Below, one piece after another: positions 25,842-38,000 of a stretch of DNA of 64,000 bases. The stretch lies in NCBI GenBank assembly GCA_051362555.1, contig CM120640.1, positions 37,405,967 to 37,469,966 of the forward strand, written 5' to 3'. The notes below the pieces were generated by a model. That model saw only the letters and a program-made list of their open reading frames with translations, was not told the DNA's origin and made no database searches. How positions within the stretch are numbered: position 1 is the first letter of the stretch; every line of letters starts with the position of its first letter. The stretch is from Lingula anatina. Taxonomy: Eukaryota; Animalia; Brachiopoda. The position numbers and the translations under genes are program-made.

Positions 25842-27641
25842 TCACTCTGTCCTTGGACTTCCACAGCACAACTCTGTATCAGATGAAGACGAAAAAATAC
25901 AAGGCACTTTCCTTGGCCTATCTGAATCCAATTTTTCAAACAGTCCATCAGCTTTTCTTTTAATTTCCTGAAGTCTGGAGTTCTCACTAGTAGGGACATA
26001 CAGTTCACTGGTTGCTTTTCTCTTGCGTCCTTGAATGCAGTAGTGTTCACCAGATGATATGACAGCATGTTCTGGAAAGATAGTAAAATGTTGATAACAT
26101 ATGTATTAAATTTTAATACAATCTAAATGATTGGCAAGAGATGAAATGCTGATTAGGAGGGTCCCATTGGGGAGGGTGTAGTTATCACAGTTCATGGGAA
26201 GTAAAATCATCATTTAACAAATCACATTTACCACATTTAATAAACCTTTATTCATATTTCAATATCTCATTGAATGCAAGTTTAAAATCACGAATCACCA
26301 AGTATAATGACTTCGTTTCAAGAATACTACCCTAACTGAATCTTGTGCTCCATTACTCAAATGGACATGATGTTATTGCGACAAAGATTAGACAAAATGA
26401 AAGTCCTATAATAAATGGATTATATTAAATCGTGGACTGTAAAAAGTGACAAATTGTGAAAGTTATGCTAGTTTACCTGTGATGCTTGCGACCTCTGCTG
26501 TGAAAGAAAGATTTTCACCAAATGTGCCATCTTCTCTATGTTCGCATAAAGCTGTAGACGAAGCAACTGCAGCAGAGGTGTCTGCTTTCTTTGAGGGTGA
26601 CAAAAGCATAGATAGCTGTTCATGAATTCCTTTGAGATACATGTGGTAGGTGTTCAGAACAGACTGCGTAACATCAGCTTGGAAGGCAGCAGCAATTCGG
26701 CAGGCTTCTTTCACACATGTGCACTCACCTCCGGGAAGCTGGCGACACTCATGGTCCAGTATATTTGGCATGCATTTGATCAACATTTCCCCATTAATAT
26801 ACCTTGAAACCCCACTTCTGTTGCAGCTGATATAAACTGTTGGGTTTTTTGCCTTCCCATCTCCAAGGGAATCCATGGTTCTGATAGTCTGAGAAAGGGA
26901 AATGGTACGTCTCATTGTCCTTCTATCGTCACTTCGGATTTCATGTTGATGTGGGGTTTCCAGTTTGGTAACAGTTTTGTCAGAGTGGTCTTTTATTGGT
27001 TCCGCTTTAGAATAAAGAGCTTCAGTTGATAATGGTATCAAGCTTGGCCTATGCTTTTTCTGAACAGTAACAAAGCTCACAATAACATCCCACTGGTTTG
27101 AGGCATAAAACCGATTCGAGGCAACAGGTATTTTTGTTTTAGGAGAGCCAAGAGAGTCTGTCTGCACTGCTGGTACGACATACTTGACATATGTCTTTTT
27201 TTCAGGAAAATTTTGTAAACCACTGACAAATTGTTTTCTTGCCTTAGCCCTTCTGCATGGTTGCCTTCTGCTCCTTGCATGTCTCTTTTTTGATGATGTT
27301 GGTTTTATACTTTTTGATTTTGATGAGCTGACTTCATCAACTGCCATAGAAGCTGACTGTTCAGAAGTATTGGAAACATTTGACACTAATGAAGTAACAC
27401 ATTGTCCAGGCTCTGGGGCATCTTTGGCTTGCATAACTGTAGGCCTGAGTGTTTCCCGTTTATTTGGTGATCTTGTGACAGTGTCTGCCCTGCCCTCTAT
27501 CTCAATCTCTATTTTGCCATCCGAGTTCTGTTTCATCAGACTTGAAATTGTTGAACAGTGGTAGGCTTTCATGCCTCCACAGCCACAGTGACAATATTTG
27601 CTGGGGGCCTTCAATGCTCTTGGACTTCTTGTCGGATTCAT
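25842..27641 (-). CDS. Uncharacterised 464-aa protein (2 coding exons), Ser/Lys/Arg-rich with Cys/His clusters
   Basis: 1165-nt open exon 27641-26477 (acceptor 27645-27644, donor ACAG|GTAAAC) joins in phase to 26071-25842 (EHAVISSGEHYCIQGRKRK...SPRTE*). Upstream non-coding donor G|GTGAG near 28086; minus-strand AATAAA at 25700-25695. No family recognised. Confidence 0.7.
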
Positions 27642-30178
27642 ATCTAGAAGTAAAAAAAGCATTCTATTTCAGTTCCAAAATATTTAGCAAATTTGTCATA
27701 TTTATAAAAATAGGCTTTAGCTTTGGATATAAAACACTATGATGTAGACAATCTTAGTTATTTTAGCCTAAAAAACATCGTTACTAGCAACCGCAAAATT
27801 TTCGTTATACATTTTAGAGAACCAATTAAAAATATCATAAACGAATTCGAAAATATTCACACTATAAATAATACGATGCAGCGATCCTCTCAATATCATG
27901 CAAGTAATTGTGGTTTCAATACGATTGTTTTGTCGTGGTTTCCAATCACTGCTGACGTTTCCTCGTGCAAGATTGCGATTCCGCGTGCAGATTCAAATAT
28001 TTATACAGCGAATAAATGTTCGTGCCTATTTACATTTTGCACATTTTGTGTCAGAGGTAACACAGATTTCTTCTTGCAAACTCACCGACTAAATTCGTGG
28101 GTTTCAATTAAAAGCACTTGATATTTTTGGTGAAGTTAATGACAGTTTGCTTTTTTTCCGGGATCTAACTTGAAACGTGGACAAGCTTGCGCCACACGAG
28201 TACTCGTAAACAAACGATGTGCTAGGCAACGCACGTGTTGTGCGTACACATGTAGGGGACCACGAGTAAGAAAGACGAAGAATCATCGTTGGATAAATGC
28301 TGTCTATTCGCGCAGCGTACTGAACTGTTACTGATTACTAAGCTGAGTAGAAACGAACTGATCTCAGCCAAACTGTATTGAACTGAACTGGTGAAAACTA
28401 AAGAAAATGAAAATAATACAGTGAAACACCAAGGGAAGTAAAACAAACTAAATGTGCGTACAACTTAATATACTAATAAATCTGCTAAATTCTTTTAGCT
28501 TAAATTATGTGTTCCTTTATGTAAAAACTCAATCTTTACATAAGTTATACTTCACTTGTTATTTAATCGCAAACACTTACCGGTACACTAAAACAATATA
28601 TATCCATACTCGTTATCCGCTGCCAGCTGGCTGCCCAGAGACGGTCATGACCATGAGCTGCTACTGCAATTTAATAATAACGTAAAAAAACTTGTGAGTG
28701 TTGTTTATAAAAATGCCACACCCACAACAACATACATTTTTAAAAACAATGCCCATAGGCCTACATAACTTATTCTAATTATGAAAAACATGTAAACTAT
28801 AATCAAAATTTAAATCACACAAAGATACTTCCAAATCACACTATAATAAATAAATCAGTAGACTAATATACAAGCTACATGTAATATCAAACCATACCTT
28901 CACTGTGCCAGTAAGTAAAACATGACCGCGTAGACCACGTGCGACATTGCCTTTTGTACAACTGACCATATGAATAATATGAATAGTTAAACACGTTACC
29001 TTATTGAGCAGTGTTAATAGTTTCTCATCTAACACAATCTGAACAAACGTAAGAACATCGTGGAAATAAAGATGAAAGTAATACAGTGTAACTTATATAT
29101 AATTCCTATTCTCAGATTGCAAATTAAACATACCAATATCTCAAACAATAAGACAATTTTTGTGATGGGTCTAATATACGTGGACATTTTAGTGTGAATG
29201 ACTGCACTTCTACCTACTTGTGCTATGTGCTATGGCTAGAGGCCAAATCCACGAGAAATTGATTTGTCTACTTCAAGAACAATTAATATCACCATAAAAA
29301 TTTCTCTGAATAAAGTGTGACGTATTGATGAAATAACGAAACGGCGAAACATTTAAAACTTCAATTATGAATTGATTATTTTAATAATTTTAATTGAAAA
29401 GTTCAAGGTTAAAAAATTCAAAATTGCTAAAATAAGCATTTATACTTTTCGGTTGGGCTGCCGATAGCCTGAGCGTATGCTAGTGTTTTGAACTTCGGGT
29501 GTGTGTGTTTGTGTGTGTGTGTGTGGGGGGGGGGGGGGGGAGTCATCTAAAAATGATAGAACTGTAGCAAATAGTCTACAACACGGTTGACAACAAACGG
29601 AAAAGTTTGTGCCGTTATCACTGTTGACTTTTGTGGGACAATCTCGCCTCGATACAAATCGAATGACACCGTTGAGAAAGGCGTTTGTTTCTAAATTTCT
29701 AAAACTTCCAACTGGACTCTCGTTTTAAAACACGCAACCTACCTAGACTTTGAGAGGTTCGAAATTATCAACTTCACCTACATCAACGGGGGACCTCCCT
29801 CACAACACCTATCACCCGGCAAATCAGACATTTTTGTCCTTGTCCTTACTTACCTTACAATTACACATTCCTTATATAGATTTTGTTCCGAAAAAGTTGC
29901 TAAAATTGTGCAGACTCTGATCTAAACCAAAATTATATTAGTTCCTTGCTTTGCTGACGCCACCAAAGTAAATCGATTGACATTTTTCTGCCTGCATTTT
30001 TTTTTTTGTCAGAATGCCATGGGAAATTCTACTTAATGATTGTGTTCAAATGCGATACCCAACAATATTTTCATATACATTGCTCACCTGTAGCAATACA
30101 GATAAACAGAATTCGTTAAGGGAAATTTTTGCTTTAAAATGCTGATCCTTTTTTGTTAATTTTAAGGTCTAGACTTAA

Positions 30179-30480
30179 AGGTACACTCCATGGATTTGAA
30201 AGTCACCCGAAAGGTTATTTTTGCCATCCACCTTTCATACACCATAAAAACAATTAAAACCTCTTAAATATTTTTTCTGGAGCGTTCCTCTGGTTAAATT
30301 TACATAGGACCTTATACAAAGATGGTCGTTGGTTATAATGACTGGCCAGTCTTTTTAAACTAAATCAACCTTTATAAATTTAATTAAAGGTTGAATCCAA
30401 GTACAAAGAGAGATAGATAAACGGCTCATGAGTACCAGAAAATTGCTTATTTCCCCGGAAAAATCCAACGGAGTTGCCTT
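30179..30480. mobile_element. TTAA-flanked MITE (Kolobok-like)
   Basis: TTAA-AGGTACACTCCATGGATT ... AATCCAACGGAGTTGCCT(T)-TTAA; imperfect TIRs. Confidence 0.6.
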
Positions 30481-31810
30481 TTAAGCAGTGGTATATTTCA
30501 TAGATAAGAAATACTGTTACTCAGAAATTAACTCTACAAAGATTCAAAGGGGTATTTATCAATTAAATGTTATCATTATCATTAGTAAATATATCCTCTA
30601 AATAGGAGTAAAATTAATCAGGATCATCAATCAAATAAGCAGATATGTTGACTTGAAGCAAATTCCCCATTATCATGCTGTATCAATGTTTGGGCAATTT
30701 CCTTGCATCAAAATATTTATTGATACAGATATTTTTTTACAAGACTTAAACTATGTCATAATTTTTCACATATTACACAATACACAAATATCACATGGTG
30801 TTCATTGCTTTTCTCAAGAATTAACACAATATTTTTCTTCTCCCTATAATTTTTTTGTCTACAGTGCATGACAGTGGGAAAAAGGAAGCTGCCAAATAAA
30901 AAGGTATTTAACTGAATTAACATTTTTGGATTTTTTACCCAAATTTAGTAATTTTTGTAATTAATCTGCTCAAGCATTTTACCATGAAATAGTGCTTCCC
31001 ACAATCACAGTTTATATAAAACACAAACCAGTCACTTGCAAACAGTCTTACAATATATTTCATATACAGTATCATATTGAAACTTGCATCAAAATGACAT
31101 GATTGTTTGAATAACAAATAAGGCAGCAAAGCTGTCATATGGACTGTCATATAAATGATGGAATTGCTGAAAGTAGTATCTCTTGAACAGTCTTAAATGA
31201 AAAATTACCAATTTAACAATGAAAGTTCACAAAATATTTTGGTAACTCTCACAATATCAAATGATTAACAGGGTAATAACCAAAAGTAAAAGCTGCTATG
31301 TAACAAATACTGAATGATAGCATGTATGAAAGCCTAAATATCAATGTCATTAGAAACATATTATTCAAAGGGATTTGTTAATACACACACACACACCATT
31401 TATCAGTACAAGGTCCTACATCCATCAAATTATATTGGCATAACCATGAACTCCAGCTAAAGGGCAAGAAAAAAGACAGAAGCAATTTATCCATTTTTTG
31501 TTAATAAATAATTATACCTTTCAAAGGTGCTTGGCGTTTTTTTATGGTAAATCAACCTCTTTATATATCATGCCCACTTGTAGTGGAAACATGACATTCA
31601 ATACTATTACATTCCACTTCATATCAATAATTATATCACCATAGGAGCTAAATAGACAATGAGTGCTGTTCCATGTCACTAAAATGCTAAATAAATAGAG
31701 TTTTCCAATAGCAGTTGGTTACCATGGCTGGACTGACACATCGTAAAATATAATATAAAAATAAGTCTACAAAATATGACCAGCCTTTCTCCATCCATTG
31801 TTGCATGATA

Positions 31811-32386
31811 TGCCCCTATTTCACACAGACCACGAATCCCACAAATGGCCATGAATTGACAAATTTCACGATTCGTGGTTGAATCGTAATCAGTTCGTGA
31901 AGTTCTTAACAGATTCGAATATATTCGTAGTCAGTTCTTGCACTTCTTGACCAACAGGAATTGGTGACAAAAACTTTGATGCCCCTATTTCACACAGACC
32001 ACAGATCCCACGAATCGCCAGGAACTGAAAATTTCAGGATTCGTGGTTGAATCGTAATCAGTTCGTGAAGCTCTTAACAGATTCGTATATAATTGTAGTC
32101 AGTTCTTGCAATTCTTGATCAATCGGGAATTCGTGGCAAAAATTTTGAGCTGTTCAAAGTTTTGGCCACGAACTCCCGATTCCAAAAAATGGTAGTGAAT
32201 TTCTGGACAATATTTGTGCGATTCCAACCGAATCCCACGAATATTCGAAACACTATCGCACCTGTATCGTAACTGAATCGTAGAGCGTGTCGAATTAGAC
32301 CAGAAAATTGGCAAAATCTCACGAATCCTGAAATTTGTCAATTCCTGGTGATTCCTGGGATTCGTGGTCTGTGTGAAATAGGGGCC
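31811..32386. mobile_element. PIF/Harbinger-like MITE with tandemly duplicated left end
   Basis: TIR GCCCCTATTTCACACAGACCACGAATCCCA / TGGGATTCGTGGTCTGTGTGAAATAGGGGC; ATA on both flanks (31808-31810, 32387-32389); left ~170 bp repeated at 31981. Confidence 0.85.
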
Positions 32387-34288
32387 ATACTGCTTTTTAC
32401 CAAATTTCGGTAACATTTGCTAAATTATCAAACATAAAATTGTTTGTTCGCAGTTATTCAAGTGTTTTCATCTTTTTGGTGCATTTTCTTCCTGTTAAAT
32501 GAATTCTGTTGTTAGGAATGATTTTTTGATTGACACATATTGATCCAGCTAGGGTACCCAGCCACCATATGAAACTCCCTATTATTGCATTAATTTTGTG
32601 ATGTGCACACTTTAAAATACACTGATAACAAATTAAATATCTAATACTTAAACTGAAGTTAGAGGATCTGAGAGGTTTGAACCCCCTCCTAGGTATATAC
32701 CACCAGCCAGGTATATCAAAAGAAAAACCTCAGAGACATCTTAACAAGGGCACTTTAGCCACTTTGACCCATTGGAGGTGGACATGTTGTGCTTACAATA
32801 TACAAGTACTGAATAAGTATACAGAGTTCATTGCCATTTGAAGAACTCTGCACAGAAAGGTGCAAGCTGCATGAAGCATATTCTGTACTATCATTACTGC
32901 AATCTGAAATTATAGCCTCTAATCACTATAATTACAAGTTATATCATTATTTTCTGAAAAACTCCCTAACAAAATTTTCAATGCCCAATAAAGCAATCAC
33001 GAAATAACATAATAATAACAATAATATAAGACAGAGTAAACTATCAAGTTACCAAAATTTTCCATTGTTTAACAAAAAATTTGTTTCAATTTGTTTCAGC
33101 TCATATTCTTCCAAGAACAAACTTATTAAAATTAATCAACAAAAACTTATTTAAATTATCTGACAAATTTTACCCCATTTGGCAAAGATGGATAGATATC
33201 TCTAAAATACACAAAAGCAAACATTTTCTTGTCCAACACATTTCCTTATTTTGTACTATGATATGTGCCATTTACATGTGATATTCTTCTCCTGACACTA
33301 GCAAACTGTTACCTCTAGTTGTCATTAATTTTTCCATCTGAAAAATACACCCAAAAAGATTTAACTTGACAGATGTTAGTCTGTAGCAAGTACCTGGCAC
33401 AAGAAAGATTTATGATTGCGTTTTCCTTGTAGGTAAGTGGTAAGTTGACTTAGTATCTGCAGGATACTGCTGAGGCCAGTGGTAGGGTAATGAGGCGGGG
33501 GGGGTTGGGGGGGGGTTGGGGGGGGGGGAAGGATCCAAGATACCTCCACCTTAAAGCTAGTGCCACATTTAATAACAAGCAATTGAATGCCTTAAGCAGA
33601 ATGCGTATATGTTCATGTACAATACTTTAACATGTGACAGAGGACAGATGTGGACACAACCCACTAACTAATCACAACCTTATACCATACAATAAATAAC
33701 ATTAAGATTCATATCAATATAACAATTATATAACAATATCTCAATTAAAGTTAATTGCTGATCTGCTGATAAAGATTTGTCAGCAAAATCTTTAAATTAT
33801 TAACACTGCACTTTTAAATGATTTAGTTTAAATTCAAATCATGGTACGATTTTATCTATATGATGCAGAAGTAGAGACTATGTCAGTTACCACTTGCTAC
33901 ATATTAAGCCTTTTTTAAAGAAGGTGAAATCCCCCACCCACCCCAACTCCTTATCTAGGGCTTAATGAGTCAAAACAGGGAATACAAAATTTATAATGCT
34001 TTGCTTATGTGCACTGCAATTAAGGAAAGCCAAGGATTTTTTCTGGCTTTTTAAAAGAAAAAGTTTATCAGCCATGAGTAACTTTACTTGGTGCCCAGGC
34101 TCAGCCTGGCACTTAACTGATCCCAGCATTAAAAACAACAGAATATGTCTGTCACAGTATGTCACTCCCATTCATTTTTGTGTTTAGACCTAGTATCACT
34201 GTATAGTTTTCTTTTTAATTTTTAAAAAATATATTATAAAAGCTGCAGGGAAGAACAAGCAAAAATGGAAAAGATTGAAACCTTAGCT

Positions 34289-34291
<3 letters not shown>

Positions 34292-34350
<59 letters not shown>
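34292..34350. repeat. (GA)n microsatellite followed by poly(G)
   Basis: About 29 AG units. Confidence 0.97.
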
Positions 34351-34360
<10 letters not shown>

Positions 34361-35082
34361 ACACAAGAGTATGTCTGCATCAAAAACCACATAATTTAAT
34401 GACAGTCATCGTGACTTCATATCTGGACAGGTCAAAGATGTGCTTCCCTGATTTGATGATTGATTACTAGTTTTTTCTCCTAAGACTTATGATATTTATG
34501 ATTTATACTACATGTCATGGCAGGTATTATGTTATTATGACTCTCTATAAATAATATGTTTTTACACCTGGACAACTTCAATGTACTAAAATAGCACTTA
34601 GAGCAATTATACAAATTGTTTCTCATATCTTAGAGTATTTGGCTCATTTAACTGGGCAGAAAGTATTGATTTTTAGAAATGGTGCCACCTTTTACACAAC
34701 ACCAAGCATATATCTGTCAGGAGAGGGTGATCATGCCAGAAGGTGGATACCCCCCTCATCTAAGAACTTGCGCTTATAAAACTATTCATTAAAACTTAAT
34801 GGAATCCTTCTCACTGTTATTATTTGAAAATAATTTGTATGGGTACCAATCTAGTTGACGCCGCAGGAATCTCCTGCCATGTCAGTAAAAAAAAAAAAAA
34901 AAAAAAAAACTTTTACTGCTTGGAATATTATTAACTCTCTGAGGTAGAAAATGCCATTTAAATATGATAACACTATACCCTGCTGTACTCTAAAACTCTA
35001 TAACAGACTGAAAAGAAAAGACAAATGTGATCTTATATTTCACCCAGTTTGAAGATCATGGTAACAATAGAACTAACAGCTT

Positions 35083-38000
35083 TCAACATCCAGTCTTGTT
35101 TTGTTTGTCTGCATTAAAATGTTCTGTTTCTCCACCTTCCTGCGGTTTTTCTTTTTGCTTTTCTGCCTCCGGTCGGAAATCTACAATGGGAAATGAAAGG
35201 GAAGCTTTCTTTAGAGTTCAAGTCTGAACTTGAAATGCCATCACTTGAATGTGATCAACTTAACAATTTAACCCTGAAACCACAACTATGGACCTTATAA
35301 GGCTGAAATTTCTTTGTTCAAGGGGGATGGACACAGTGTGCTTAGTTTCTTGTCCCTTGTATGTATACGGTAATGTGCCATGAATTTCGAACAGTAAAAA
35401 ATAATTAAATTTGGGAAAAGATCGTTCTGGCCGAAATTCATGAAAAGGAGGTGCTCAGAACTCCTGAAAGTTCGAATTTCATGGAATTCTGTCAATTTTG
35501 ACCGGAAGTTGTCTGTTCGTCGCTAGGCCTTCTGTTATCTTCTCCCGACGATCTATTTAGAGTTACCATAATGTATGATGTGTGAGTGTCGGTAATTGCA
35601 ACCAAAGGTATACACGTACTTTCACCCGATCACTGTGTATGGCCCATAGATAGAGCGGTACTCTTGTCTAGGGCCGCAAAACAGCATCGTCATCAGTAGT
35701 GTCGTTTTTCAAAAGCGATTCTGGCAGCCAGAAACTAGTGTCGTTTTTCAAAAACGATCCTGGCGCTCAGAACGGGAGTGGACGGAGGGAGAGACGGCCG
35801 ACGATTAGCGTCTGCCACGGCCAGATAACCTTTACTATGGAAGCTTAGTTTTACCGTTGCTCCTTTCCGTGCACTGAAACCGAGACGACAGCCGATCAGT
35901 GTCTATGGCGCACGTGCAGGTAGCCTTCATCTGCGATAAGTGTCTTCCGCGACCAGGTTCGTTGCCTTTACCGTTAAAGTCGGGCGGAACTTTACGCGCG
36001 AATGCGTCCTCATCTCGCCGTTCGCGGGTCGGTGTCTCCGACGCATACGTAGCCTTCCCTGCAGAAGCCGGCCTCGGCACTACGGCCTCTCCTCCGTGCG
36101 GGGAGGCCACTACGACCGCAGGTAGCCTTCGGTAGCCTTCGCCACGGCAGCCGAACTGTGTATTACGGTCTCTCTCCGTCGTGCGCTGCGACCAAGATGA
36201 CCGCTGATTGTTGTCTGCGATCAAATATACTAGGTTTGGGGGTGGGGGGGTGGGGGGTGGGGGGGGGGGGTGCAGGGCCGTTTTTTTTTTTTTTCGCTCA
36301 GGCAACCCAATCTTAACCAGCAGCAGCAACTGATTTCCTGGCGCATAGTTGCGTAAATGTACGCATTTGAAAAGCGTGTACGTTTTGTCATCTTCAAACA
36401 AACGCGAGAGATAGGTAATCTAGAGTAAACCGAAAAGACAGTTTTTATATTCGTTCAAGGGACTGGAAGATCGTCAATGAGCGATCTGAGCGCGATAATA
36501 AGCCAATTTCCACACTAGTTCAAGGGACTTCGTTACTATATTCGTCAGCAAGAGATCGTCAGCGATCCGAGCAAGCATAGAAGCTTGGACTTTTTGTCCA
36601 TGCTAGAAGGCAATTTTCATGTAGTCAGCAGGATATGGTTTGCTGGTTTGCGACAGGGGCGTAACCAGACATACGCACGGATACACTGTGCGTATATAAT
36701 TTTTTGGCCAACCATGATATTATTCTCTATAAATCTAGTGTACTTTTCAAGGAATATTATCGAAAATCCCCGTCGATTATAAGTTAATGTCACCTGAATG
36801 TACAAATTCTCTGTATAATTTATATATGCACCATTGTTCTGACACCCTTCTCGTTAGCTTTCACAGAACTGAGGTAAACAATACTAGTTACCATCTGAAG
36901 TCCGATCTTAATCGTCCATCTAGCTGGAACTTGCTTTACCTCTTAATCAGAGGGTAAAGTGCCCTACAGCTCACAGGTAGCTTTTGTCTTGAGTGTATCG
37001 AACGCGATATTTATCTCAGATAAAAATCTACCTGTGTATTATTTCAAAGAGCTGCTCCAGCAGACCTGGGGGCACTAGATAAATCTGATCATCGGGATAA
37101 ACAAGGAGCCAGAGAAACAAAGGAAGATTGATTTTTCCTGCAAAGTTTCAAAGAATTTTGACACGGACTTGATCCAGCTTAACCCTCCAAACTAACGGGG
37201 TGGCATGGGCAATTTTTACAAAATTTACAAACAATTATACTTAGATATATTACAATTTTATCCTTTAATATAATTTTGGGAGGCATGCACCCGCATGTAA
37301 GCTGGGTGATGTCAGTAAGCCCCTAGTTAAATAAATATACCCTTATGAGCAAGGCTTTTCCCAGCGAACCGTCCAGCCGTCATTTGGACGGCCGCTGACA
37401 TCACCGGACGGCCTATATTTTCAAAGACGGCTAGACGGCTTGCGACTTTTTTTTAATGACGTCTTGGCTTGTCGGGACAGCCGTGGACGTAGTAAGAAAT
37501 TTTCTTAGAGTAATTTGACGTACCTAGCTTTTATGATGCGTCACAGATGAATGGTACTACTTTGTAGTGTACGCTGATATTCAGTCACGACGAAACTACT
37601 TCCTAAAGCTTACAAAACACAATAAAATGTTTCTATGAACCTTAAGATACACATTCCACGCCGTATGCAGCATTGACAAGAGTGACCTTCATGCGGTACA
37701 AAACACTAAGCAAACTACAGGCCAATTTGTGAAAGGGGACACCTTCCGGACCTTCATACGCACGGCAACTGACAAAGCTGATTGACAAAAAGGAAAATTT
37801 CAAATTTTCAGCGAGAGATCGTTCGCAATCCGAGAGAGACCAGGAGGCAATTTTCATATTTGTTAAAGAGACTTCGTAAGCCAAAGGGCGAGACGAGAAC
37901 GCAATTTTCGTATCATCAGCGTCGCAATCCGAGTGAAACGAGAAAGCTCATACTCGTTCAGTGGCTTTCGTTTGCGGCAGATCGTCAGCCGGAGATCGTT

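Noticed and set aside
27184-27564. 126-aa plus-strand ORF (likewise 44905-45372, 47183-47656, 62300-62602)
   Set aside because: Antisense shadows of real minus-strand exons.
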